Source: a virus
Taxonomy: Duplodnaviria; Caudoviricetes
Strand: one strand, 5' to 3'
Virus record (IMG/VR): IMGVR_UViG_3300020045_002489
Coordinates: 1 to 35,214 of that record
Length of the DNA: 35,214 nucleotides
Made by a program: the position numbers and the translations under genes. Positions 26,708 through 34,972 of this stretch are shown in pieces. The notes under the pieces are model-generated. The model was not told where the DNA came from. It ran no database searches and saw only the letters and a program-made list of their open reading frames with translations. The first letter of the stretch is position 1, and the number at the start of each line of letters is the position of its first letter.

Positions 26708-27981
26708 TACGGAGTTACCAAGCTTGTCGTCACCGTAGGTATCTGCTGTCGTTGTTTCTCAACTCCAATTAAAAGGTTCATATCCATATGTGGTTGGCGT
26801 TTACTTACTTGCTGCTGTACGCCAATCCACTTACCGTCGAAAGGAAATATCTTACCGGCCTGCTCTAGAGTAGCTAAGATTCTACCAAGCTCGCTAGTGT
26901 TGCCGCTATCTAGTCGTGTACTTACTTGCTTGAAGAGGCGTTCTGCTGTCAAGCCAAGAGGTCCGGCACCAAGAATAGAACTAAGGACTGCTTGGCTAGC
27001 CATGCTACCTCGCATATTTCCAAGCTCGCCAAGTGCTTTACTCATATTGTTCTCAGCAAATCCAAGATAACTATTCGCATATACAATATCTTTCTTGTCT
27101 ATCACCAAGCTCCCACGAGAGAGCGAAGTAATCATGCAGTTCTTGAGTAAGTGGGTATAGCGGCGAGTGGAGTAATGGCGGAAGCGGCTGTCCTCAATTT
27201 CTATCCAGTGTCCATAGATGTCTTTAAGTACAGTGTGTGCATCTTTGGTAAGAGACATTGGTCCACTGATGCGAGTTGCAATTAGTAAGTCCGCCCTGAA
27301 CTTATCCAACCTATGCGGGTCACTAGCTACTGGCCAGTAGTCTTTGAGTCCTGTCCCTTCCACATAGATGAGCAACAGTCGAGACATGAAGCCAGTACCC
27401 AGCGCAGAGATAGGGATAGCCTGTGCAAGTGTTTCATGAGTAGCGCCGCCAATAAGAGAGACTGTTGGTTGATAGATGCTAGCACTCTTGCCAGTTGTCT
27501 TGCTATGTTTATAGGGCGTTTCCTTATCGAAGTCCCACAAGTTGCCTAGCAATGTTAGGAAGTCAAGATTGCCAGGACCAATCAAGTCAAGGAACTCATC
27601 AGCAACAATACGAGCAACGGCCGGCTGCATATCAATGCTAGAATCAATCGCCGCTAGTCCGTTTACTTTGCTGCTGCTTTCACTCAAGTCAAGGAGGAAC
27701 TTTTCTTTGCTGGTCTTGTCACTAGTGAACTGTGGAAAGCCGGATTGTTCAAATGTTTTACCTGCTAGTTTAATAGCAGTAGACTTACGAGATCCAGGAT
27801 CGCCAACAAGTAGGACATACTGGTTTGGAAAGATTCGTCCATTGCCGAAAGGTAAATACACGCGCCGCTCTAGAGCACTGCCTAGCAGGACTGCTAAACT
27901 CCAGCGGTGTGCCGACATTGGTACTTCGGGGCTGCGTACCGCTTCGAAGTAACTGTCGAATAGGTTGATTGGAGGAGCCAT
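26707..27981 (-). CDS. AAA+ ATPase, putative replicative helicase (DUF3987/MCM-like) with C-terminal wHTH
   Basis: Walker A GDPGSRKS, Walker B IVADEF, Arg finger GFMSRLL and a C-terminal LGRILATLEQAGKI. Adjacent to the polymerase. Confidence 0.7.
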   Translation of the reverse strand: MAPPINLFDSYFEAVRSPEVPMSAHRWSLAVLLGSALERRVYLPFGNGRIFPNQYVLLVGDPGSRKSTAIKLAGKTFEQSGFPQFTSDKTSKEKFLLDLSESSSKVNGLAAIDSSIDMQPAVARIVADEFLDLIGPGNLDFLTLLGNLWDFDKETPYKHSKTTGKSASIYQPTVSLIGGATHETLAQAIPISALGTGFMSRLLLIYVEGTGLKDYWPVASDPHRLDKFRADLLIATRISGPMSLTKDAHTVLKDIYGHWIEIEDSRFRHYSTRRYTHLLKNCMITSLSRGSLVIDKKDIVYANSYLGFAENNMSKALGELGNMRGSMASQAVLSSILGAGPLGLTAERLFKQVSTRLDSGNTSELGRILATLEQAGKIFPFDGKWIGVQQQVSKRQPHMDMNLLIGVEKQRQQIPTVTTSLVTP

Positions 27982-28003
27982 ATTTCATAGTTACGTGCTT
28001 CGT

Positions 28004-30301
28004 TTATTTAAGATCACTCCAATAAACACCCTGACCGCCGCGATCATGCGGTATGTGTAGCGGGCGATTATTGATTATCAAAGTGTTGTTCATGATGCTG
28101 TCTACAATATCAAGAGCCTCGGTATCGCCAGGCCTACTAGTAAAGAGACAGCTATCATGGATCTGCATTTTCACTCGAACTCGATTACGTAAAGGGGCAA
28201 TCGTTTTGGTAAGCTGGAGTTTGCGTAGAGGTAGTGGAGTAGTGAAAGCGTAAGCGGTTTTAAAGTTAGCTATTTTGAAGTTGTAATTGTAGATGGTGCT
28301 ATACCAGATTTGAAAGATCTCTTCATCAAGCATAGCAACACTAAGGTTTTGCGGGCCGTGAGCAACTGCTGCGTTCCTGGCCGGTTTTTGTTTCATATCA
28401 CCAAAGAACTTGCGGGTCCAGCCAAGTTGGCTAGTCAGCATACCAGTAGTGTTTATGGTATGCACAAGTTCATCAACCCAGTCTTTACGAATTCTTGGAT
28501 ATGTTCTTTCAAAGCCCTTGAGTAGTTCTTCACAAGTTTCCATGAGCGAGAGACTATGGAGACATAACATTTTACGAGCGGCTGCTACATAGGTAGGTCC
28601 CATAGTAAGAAGCATAATAGCTGCTCCCATCTGATAGTTGCTGCCGTGGTTGACTCGCTTACTCAAGTCTCGTAAGGCTTTGTTGAGTTGCTTCTTCTTA
28701 AGATTGTCATAGATCTGTTCGTATGGAATTGCAAAGAAACGAGAAGCATTGAGTGAGTGGTAGTCATTCTCGCCTTCCGTGGCTGCAATCATGGCCGGCT
28801 CATTAGCTAAGTGGGCAGTCGCTCTGCTCTCTGCATTACTCTTGTCCCACTCGTTAAGTACCCAACCATCATCTGCTCGAATGAATTGCTTTACACTGTC
28901 GCCACGTGGAATGTTCTGTAGTTGTAGGCCGCACCAGAAGCTACTCTCTTTGCTTGCCCGTCTATTGGTATCTGTAGCTGCTACCACTAGTTGATAGTAT
29001 AGCTTACCTTGCCAGAACTTCTCCGGGACTAGGTAAGTAGAGATAAGCTTTCGTGCTTTCTTATAGGTGACCAGCTTACCAAGTATGAGTTCATTGACTG
29101 GATGCATTGCACGGGCACGTTGCATGCTAGCAGCAGCAGTATCAGGCAAGTGACTACAGCCAAGAATAGCGAAGAGATTCTTTACTTGCAATGGGGAGTT
29201 CGGATTAAAGGAGGGCTCGTCAAGCCAAGTCCTCAGGGTATCCAGATCTTTATCTGCTTCCTTAAGTTTCTCCGCCTTGACGCGCTCCAGTATTTCCAAG
29301 TTAATAGGTAGTCCATCGAGACCAATAGTTATTGATGGAAATACTTTGGGGAAGTTCATCAAGTAGTTGGTAAGCGCCCACTGTGGACAGTCACGGATGA
29401 GGCTAACCCAAGCAAGTGCTGTTGCCCACGTATCTCTCGCACAATAGCGATGATACTCGCTGAGAGATCCTCCGCTTTCTTGCTTCCAATAGCGAATGCG
29501 TCGGATAGCGAAGCTCGCAATAAAGTCAAGGCGCTTCGGTAATTCAGCGAGCCAGGAATGAAACAAGATATGGGTATCATACCTCCAGTTGAGTGGCTTG
29601 ATTCCCCACCGCAGGAAATATGTATTGTCATAGAGACCGTTTTGATAGAGCAGGGGTATACCGAGATTGAGTAGTCTAGATACCTGTGCATATTGCCACT
29701 CCTCATCTAGTGAGATGATGATACTCTCAGTCCGCAATCCGCCTTTGAGCCACAATGCGGTGAAGCCTACAATGTTAATGCTTCTCTCAGGACAGCCAAC
29801 TTTAGTTTCAATGTCCACACTTAGAAACTCAGCATCTCCCCAACTCACGCTCAGGCTATCTACTTCCTTCACGCTTTCGATTAGCTTCCATCGGAAGGGT
29901 ACTTCCGGCAGCCACTCCTGTGGAGAGGTAAGCTTAGTAAGGTAGCGCTTGAAGAGGAACTTAGAGTATGGTACAGTCCGTAGCTGCTCTAGCGGATTTA
30001 GAATCAGTACTTCTATTTCGGTGGGCCGCCCTGGAATAGAAAGCGTAAGTATGGAACCAGCATAGTCATCAAGTGTTGCTCGTCCATTATCTACATAATC
30101 TACTTGAGCTGCTAGAAGTATGCGTAGGGTATCTTCACATGCTACAATTACTGCATCACATTGGTTCTGTATGATGGCTTGCTTGAGTACGTAGATGCTA
30201 GGAAAGGGCTTATGGGCTGGGTGGAAAGCAGCAGTGGTAAGGCCCTTGAGGATTGGATAGTAGGAGATATCAGCAGGGGTAAAGCAAGCAAGTAGTTTCA
30301 T
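28004..30301 (-). CDS. polA: DNA polymerase family A with 3'-5' exonuclease and a degenerate UDG-like N-domain
   Basis: ExoI VDIET, ExoII QNGLYD and ExoIII YCARD. Polymerase motifs LQNIP, A (DKSNAESR), B (RDLSKRVNHGSNY) and C (QIHDS). Confidence 0.93.
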   Translation of the reverse strand: MKLLACFTPADISYYPILKGLTTAAFHPAHKPFPSIYVLKQAIIQNQCDAVIVACEDTLRILLAAQVDYVDNGRATLDDYAGSILTLSIPGRPTEIEVLILNPLEQLRTVPYSKFLFKRYLTKLTSPQEWLPEVPFRWKLIESVKEVDSLSVSWGDAEFLSVDIETKVGCPERSINIVGFTALWLKGGLRTESIIISLDEEWQYAQVSRLLNLGIPLLYQNGLYDNTYFLRWGIKPLNWRYDTHILFHSWLAELPKRLDFIASFAIRRIRYWKQESGGSLSEYHRYCARDTWATALAWVSLIRDCPQWALTNYLMNFPKVFPSITIGLDGLPINLEILERVKAEKLKEADKDLDTLRTWLDEPSFNPNSPLQVKNLFAILGCSHLPDTAAASMQRARAMHPVNELILGKLVTYKKARKLISTYLVPEKFWQGKLYYQLVVAATDTNRRASKESSFWCGLQLQNIPRGDSVKQFIRADDGWVLNEWDKSNAESRATAHLANEPAMIAATEGENDYHSLNASRFFAIPYEQIYDNLKKKQLNKALRDLSKRVNHGSNYQMGAAIMLLTMGPTYVAAARKMLCLHSLSLMETCEELLKGFERTYPRIRKDWVDELVHTINTTGMLTSQLGWTRKFFGDMKQKPARNAAVAHGPQNLSVAMLDEEIFQIWYSTIYNYNFKIANFKTAYAFTTPLPLRKLQLTKTIAPLRNRVRVKMQIHDSCLFTSRPGDTEALDIVDSIMNNTLIINNRPLHIPHDRGGQGVYWSDLK

Positions 30302-30648
30302 AGCGTTATCTTCGGCCGTACTACTACATCAACTGTACTAAGAGCCATGCCAACTTGAAAGGTTAGCTTCCTAGACCACATATGAATAGCATGTATACTA
30401 GGTAAGCAATCAGTATGCAAACCCTCACCTTGTATATCCCAACAGATATCGTCACATCCAGTAGCTAAGATAAGCTCAGGTACTGCGCCCACGCAGCCAA
30501 TCAATGCCATTCGTTTCCAACCAGACTCATGCAATCGTCTAGATGGAAGTATAATAATACCATCCCACAATGTGTCTGTTTCTTCCGCCCACTTACGCAT
30601 AGGTAGTGAGAGCAGATCAGTGAGTTTACATTCTTTGACTTGTAGCAT
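30298..30648 (-). CDS. Hypothetical protein
   Basis: 116 aa with an AGGAG RBS and an ATGA overlap with the polymerase start. Confidence 0.7.
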   Translation of the reverse strand: MLQVKECKLTDLLSLPMRKWAEETDTLWDGIIILPSRRLHESGWKRMALIGCVGAVPELILATGCDDICWDIQGEGLHTDCLPSIHAIHMWSRKLTFQVGMALSTVDVVVRPKITL

Positions 30649-30674
30649 TTGTGGCTCCTACGAAAAGATAAACT

Positions 30675-30708
30675 AAAGAAAGCCACCAAAGATTTCTCCT
30701 TAGTGGCT
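30675..30708 (-). terminator. Rho-independent terminator after the SSB-like gene
   Basis: Minus strand AGCCACTAAGGA-GAAA-TCTTTGGTGGCT-TTCTTT: a 12-bp stem with two G-U pairs, a GNRA loop and a U-rich tail. Confidence 0.8.
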
Positions 30709-30730
30709 CGGTTTTAATTTACGTTAGCAG

Positions 30731-31210
30731 TTAGGCGATGGTAACATCCGTGAACTTAACATTGAACTCGCCGTCAATGACTGCCTTAGTAGCTTTGTCC
30801 TTACGCGGAGTGCGCTTGAGCTTAGCCACAAAGATAACGTCATTGATCATGCCATTAGGATTCGCGTCGCTAACAATCAGCTCATTCAACTTACCTGTGC
30901 CGAAGTGAGCGACGAAAGGTGCAATGAATTCTTGCAAGCTCTTCATGCCCCACTCATTGCCCCAAGTGAAGTATTGTTGGAACTTATCTTCCGGAACAAC
31001 TTGATTAGCTTCAGCAGGATCAGCAACCTGAGTAACTTCCCGCACTTCGTAGTTAGCAGTGATCATTGCGTTACCGCTAGACTTGCTAACGCCCATCACA
31101 GCCGATACTTTGAAGGTATACACGCCAGTCGGGGGGATGCGATATGCCGAGCTAATAGGCAAGTCAGAGAAGTCGGCGGTCAGGAAATCGAGATCGGTAG
31201 AAGTAGTCAT
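30731..31210 (-). CDS. Putative single-stranded DNA-binding protein (DUF669-like)
   Basis: IPPTGVYTFKV..GVSKSSGNAMI..YEV OB-fold pattern, strong codon bias, and position downstream of the Sak4-like ATPase. Confidence 0.7.
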   Translation of the reverse strand: MTTSTDLDFLTADFSDLPISSAYRIPPTGVYTFKVSAVMGVSKSSGNAMITANYEVREVTQVADPAEANQVVPEDKFQQYFTWGNEWGMKSLQEFIAPFVAHFGTGKLNELIVSDANPNGMINDVIFVAKLKRTPRKDKATKAVIDGEFNVKFTDVTIA

Positions 31211-31289
31211 AATTTGGTAGGTCGCTTAGTTAAATTAGAAAAGGTAGAAAAGAAAAAGATTGGAAAGGTTGGTTGGGATTTTTAAAAAA

Positions 31290-31586
31290 TTATTTAGATT
31301 CTCCATTAAGTTCATCAACAATTAGTTGAGCATATCCTGCAATGTCTACCCAACTATCTGCATAATTGGGATCTCCGTTAACGATACGACCAAGCTTATG
31401 GCAGATCATATCTAGAGCTTCAAATTGGGAAGGGGTAAATCCAAAATTGAAGTTAGCAGAAATAGCATCTCTAATAGTATCTTTAAGATCTTGCGTTACT
31501 CGTGCGTGGCCGGAGAACTTACCGTAACGGGAACCGCGTTCAGTAAGAACTTCTTGAATGGTTTGAGTGGGAGTAGTTGGTTGCAT
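31290..31586 (-). CDS. DUF6378-like protein
   Basis: LTERGSRYGKF and HKLGRIVNGDPNYADSWVDIAGYA. Confidence 0.75.
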   Translation of the reverse strand: MQPTTPTQTIQEVLTERGSRYGKFSGHARVTQDLKDTIRDAISANFNFGFTPSQFEALDMICHKLGRIVNGDPNYADSWVDIAGYAQLIVDELNGESK

Positions 31587-31615
31587 AGTAGTGGAATAGA
31601 GAGTAGTAGAGAGTA

Positions 31616-32407
31616 TTACGTGGTAGGAAAGAGTTTATCAAGTCCATCGCCGTCTGTCAAGCGATATCCATTAGCAGCAGCAACAGGTGCATTACCTGCA
31701 TCCTGTACATTACTAGCCAACTTATATTTCCGGTTGACTACGCTAGCTTGCACAACAGTGGTGAAGAATCCTGCTATGCCTTTGGCAAAGTTCTTAGTAC
31801 CGGCACTAGGTACTAGCTTCTTGCTACCATCAGGCATTTCAACAATCTCTTGGTGAGCAATGGCGATCACGTGGCAATTTAGATTCTGAATTCGCCCAAA
31901 GATCTTGCTGAGAATCAGGCCTTCCTTCTTGTATTCATCCCAAGTAGGTACGGCATCTTTAGCAATCAAGGCTTTGCAAATGTTATTGCGGACGCTATCT
32001 GCTAGTTGAGTGATGCTATCAATTACAAGTACGTCCTTATCGCCAAACGCGTTGAGACAGATAGAATCGCTTGCACTAGGAATAGCCTTGCATTTTACAC
32101 AGTTAACTACACCGTGCGCCTGACAGACTTCGGTAGACCCCCCACTTAGAATGCTGACTACTGTGGAGGAAGCTACCGGATTGTCTTGAGTGTCTGGAAT
32201 CTGTAGGATGTTTACGTTTTCACGGAAGTTAATTGGTAGGATAGAGGGGTTGAGGAAAGTATCGAGAGAGTTCTCAAGAGAAAGTACGTGGAGTTTGTAG
32301 CCCTTACTTGCAAGTGCAGCAGCGGCCGCAGTCTTACCAGTCTTGGGATCACCGTAAACAATACAGCGAATCCGGGCTGAGGAAGTTAGTGTAGTTAGGT
32401 TAGCCAT
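31616..32407 (-). CDS. AAA_24 / Sak4-like ATPase (single-strand annealing recombinase)
   Basis: Walker A YGDPKTGKT, Walker B VLVIDSIT and VIAIAH; lies between the exonuclease and the SSB. Confidence 0.8.
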   Translation of the reverse strand: MANLTTLTSSARIRCIVYGDPKTGKTAAAAALASKGYKLHVLSLENSLDTFLNPSILPINFRENVNILQIPDTQDNPVASSTVVSILSGGSTEVCQAHGVVNCVKCKAIPSASDSICLNAFGDKDVLVIDSITQLADSVRNNICKALIAKDAVPTWDEYKKEGLILSKIFGRIQNLNCHVIAIAHQEIVEMPDGSKKLVPSAGTKNFAKGIAGFFTTVVQASVVNRKYKLASNVQDAGNAPVAAANGYRLTDGDGLDKLFPTT

Positions 32408-32428
32408 CTTTAGGTTAGCAAGTGGAGG

Positions 32429-33406
32429 TTAGGAGATTGAGCCAGTTAAGAATTTAGTAATGTCAAAGATGTAATCAGGAGTTTCTACTTCAGTAATATT
32501 GTTAATAGTGGTTAGCTCTCTACTCGTCGGGAAGTCGCAGACTCCAAAGTGTTGGCAAGTTCTATTAAACTTCAAGCAACCGCTACCATACTTTGGGAAG
32601 TGACCTAACTCGAAATACCGGGCCACTTGTTCTTTACTTATTACAAGATCAGTTACCCAATCAAGAAGATGAGCTTCACTCTTTACGAAAGGAAGGAAGT
32701 TCCACTCCATACTTGGGCAACTATAGACTAGGTAATCTACTTCTAGCTCCGTTACATCAGGGAGTAGTTGTTTAACTTGTGCAAGGTAGCCTAGCGCTTG
32801 ATTACTGTTAGCGTAGATTTCTGGAGAAATGCTAGAGAAGCCGCTAGTCTTGATTTCAAACACCCGCAACTGTCCAGTATATCGGTTCTTTAGGATAATA
32901 TCTATGTGCGAGGAGAACCAATACTCGCCAATTTGTATACTAAAGGTAGTCTCAATAGCGGGTTTGCCATTAGGCAGGATGAGTAGTTCCCACTCACTAA
33001 ACATTTCATCTGCAAAGACTGGAAACTTTTCTACCGCATGAAAGGCATAGTCAATACCTTTTTTCTTCTTATCATTTACTTCAAAGTAATCTAGATCAAA
33101 AGCACGGTCAGCAGCCAAGAGTGCCAGGTTAAGGTCACGTGTTTCCAAATATTTTTGTACTCCTTCGCCTACAGCATGGCCCATAGCAAAGTCAATGTTA
33201 GTACTTCTACCACTGGTGCTATGCTTGTTGAGGAGAAACTTTCGTGGACAGGTGTGGAGTTCTTCTATCTGCGAGTAGCTAAGCGTGTTAGCTTTGCCCG
33301 CAAAGATTGCATATCCATCGACAGTAGTTGTGGCTCCTCCCTTACTAGCTTCTCCGGGGAGCAGGAGGTTGGAGAAGTCAGGGAGTCCGTCAGTTGATAG
33401 GCGCAT
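32429..33406 (-). CDS. PD-(D/E)XK Cas4/AddB-like exonuclease
   Basis: LSYSQI...CPRK, GHAVG, HID...FEIKT, NQALGY and a C-terminal C-x6-C-x5-C giving four Cys for a possible Fe-S cluster. GAGGA RBS. Confidence 0.85.
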   Translation of the reverse strand: MRLSTDGLPDFSNLLLPGEASKGGATTTVDGYAIFAGKANTLSYSQIEELHTCPRKFLLNKHSTSGRSTNIDFAMGHAVGEGVQKYLETRDLNLALLAADRAFDLDYFEVNDKKKKGIDYAFHAVEKFPVFADEMFSEWELLILPNGKPAIETTFSIQIGEYWFSSHIDIILKNRYTGQLRVFEIKTSGFSSISPEIYANSNQALGYLAQVKQLLPDVTELEVDYLVYSCPSMEWNFLPFVKSEAHLLDWVTDLVISKEQVARYFELGHFPKYGSGCLKFNRTCQHFGVCDFPTSRELTTINNITEVETPDYIFDITKFLTGSIS

Positions 33407-33687
33407 TGGAGTTCCTCAATATTGTCAAGTAGTACTAGGCGAGCGTGTGCTAAGTAATGCTTGCTAAGTAGATTGGTGAAGTAAAGTTCTTGGGTTAAGC
33501 TATTCTCTACGCGGTTAAGTATTCGTAGATCCCCCTCGGAGGGGTGAAATTTCCAAGGATCTACGGATACTCGAAGTGGGTAGATAAGAGTGTGGAGTGC
33601 TTGCACATGGTAGAACTTAGTAGGCACTACCTCGATGCAATTATAGGCAAGTAGTCGGCTACGCATGGCAAGCACAAAGTTATTCAC
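33265..33687 (-). CDS. Hypothetical protein (3' end overlaps the exonuclease)
   Basis: GTG start with an AGGAG RBS; fills the 33407-33687 gap. Confidence 0.55.
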   Translation of the reverse strand: MNNFVLAMRSRLLAYNCIEVVPTKFYHVQALHTLIYPLRVSVDPWKFHPSEGDLRILNRVENSLTQELYFTNLLSKHYLAHARLVLLDNIEELQCAYQLTDSLTSPTSCSPEKLVREEPQLLSMDMQSLRAKLTRLATRR

Positions 33688-33702
33688 GTTAGCTCCTAGA
33701 TA

Positions 33703-33981
33703 TCAAATGTCATCTACACTTACCTTGGCTGCCTTACTAGCAGCAGCTTTCTTAGCGGTAGTTTTGAGGGTTGGCATAACTGCAATGTTGCTAAGCTGCC
33801 GGCGCACAGTAATCCAAGTACGAATTTCTTCATCACTAAGCAAGCTCACTACTTCTGGATGTTCTTTAAGGGCGTTATGAATTTCTCGCAGGTGAATTGA
33901 GATGTTAGGGTCTAGTGCTTCTTGAGCTAGCTTAAGCTCATGCAAGCGTTGATGTACGGTGTCTTCAAATGTAGCTGTCAT
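33703..33981 (-). CDS. Hypothetical protein with a Lys/Ala-rich tail
   Basis: 92 aa with a GAGGA RBS; TTAKKAAASKAAK tail. Confidence 0.75.
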   Translation of the reverse strand: MTATFEDTVHQRLHELKLAQEALDPNISIHLREIHNALKEHPEVVSLLSDEEIRTWITVRRQLSNIAVMPTLKTTAKKAAASKAAKVSVDDI

Positions 33982-33983
33982 AG

Positions 33984-34370
33984 TTAATCCTCGAACTCTT
34001 GAAGTTGCTTCAGTGCGGTTTGAAGTTGCTTAATTAGCTCAGCGAGTTGCCAAGTATATACAGTGACTTGACGGTGCGAAGTCTCAGGCCCTAGTGTAAT
34101 ATGCCCACGGTGTTCATAGGTGCTTACTTGAACTTGTGCGGCATCACGAGCGGCTATGTAGTTGTCGTAGTGAAGGAAGACTTGCGTACCAAAACCTTTA
34201 AGCAAGTAGAATTGCTCGCTAGTTTTAATGGCTTCTATGAAGGTACGCACTTGATTGTTGGAAGTAAAGAGTTGCTTGTATAGGGCAGTGCATGCTTGCC
34301 CATCCTCTTTCCTAAGTAACTCAGTAACGGCTTCCAGCCACTTCTCTTTTTGAGTTTCTCTAGATGCCAT
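33984..34370 (-). CDS. Hypothetical protein
   Basis: 128 aa, TAATG-coupled to the upstream gene. Confidence 0.7.
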   Translation of the reverse strand: MASRETQKEKWLEAVTELLRKEDGQACTALYKQLFTSNNQVRTFIEAIKTSEQFYLLKGFGTQVFLHYDNYIAARDAAQVQVSTYEHRGHITLGPETSHRQVTVYTWQLAELIKQLQTALKQLQEFED

Positions 34371-34564
34371 TATTTATTCTCCTCGTCGGCATTTAACAAT
34401 GCCAATGCTTCTTCATCACTTACCTCTGTGTATCTTTCGCTCTCATCATCCAGTCCTTGCGTGTATGCTGCCAGGCCTAGAGCTAGCGTAAAGAGGAGGC
34501 GGATTAGTTCATTGTCAACTACTGTAACTCCAACTAGGCAAATCGCCATGAAAAGAGTACGCAT
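34370..34564 (-). CDS. Small membrane protein (2 TM, acidic tail)
   Basis: Two hydrophobic segments followed by a D/E-rich C-terminus. Confidence 0.65.
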   Translation of the reverse strand: MRTLFMAICLVGVTVVDNELIRLLFTLALGLAAYTQGLDDESERYTEVSDEEALALLNADEENK

Positions 34565-34969
34565 TTAAATCTCCCGCTTAGCAGCAAGGTCACCAACCGT
34601 ACCTACAATGGTTCCATTCTCAACTACTACTCTATCTTCTGCTCGTTGACTTTCTGCAATATAATATTCTTCTCTACTATGCAATGGTTTAAGTCCACGT
34701 TTTTCCCGCAAGAGATCAAGTACGTGCTTGCATAGGCCGTCTACATTGCGAGTATCAAAGTGAATGAACGTTTCCAGTGCTTCACTCATGTAGCCAAAGA
34801 AAGTTTCTGGAGCCCAGAACAATGCGCCACCAATAGTATGCCACATAGTAGGAAAGTTCTGCTGCATTTCCTTACGCAGTGCATGGTAACTTTCCGGAGC
34901 GAAGTAAAGCTTGTCTCCAAAGCTAGCTGTTTCATGCTCTTGCTTTAGTTGTGTGTTGTCAGTTGCCAT
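34565..34969 (-). CDS. Hypothetical protein
   Basis: 134 aa with a GGAG RBS; abuts the next gene. Confidence 0.7.
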   Translation of the reverse strand: MATDNTQLKQEHETASFGDKLYFAPESYHALRKEMQQNFPTMWHTIGGALFWAPETFFGYMSEALETFIHFDTRNVDGLCKHVLDLLREKRGLKPLHSREEYYIAESQRAEDRVVVENGTIVGTVGDLAAKREI

Positions 34970-34972
34970 AAC

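Noticed and set aside
28190-28303. Intein or intron in the DNA polymerase
   Set aside because: The insert is short and in frame, and lacks C/S...HN intein termini or a homing endonuclease.
25940-30301. 2-aminoadenine (Z) genome pathway
   Set aside because: No PurZ (adenylosuccinate synthetase-like) or DatZ HD phosphohydrolase is visible. A MazG-like gene plus PolA is not sufficient.
32429-33406. CRISPR-Cas system suggested by the Cas4-like nuclease
   Set aside because: No repeat-spacer array or other cas genes. The exonuclease-Sak4-SSB context indicates phage recombination.
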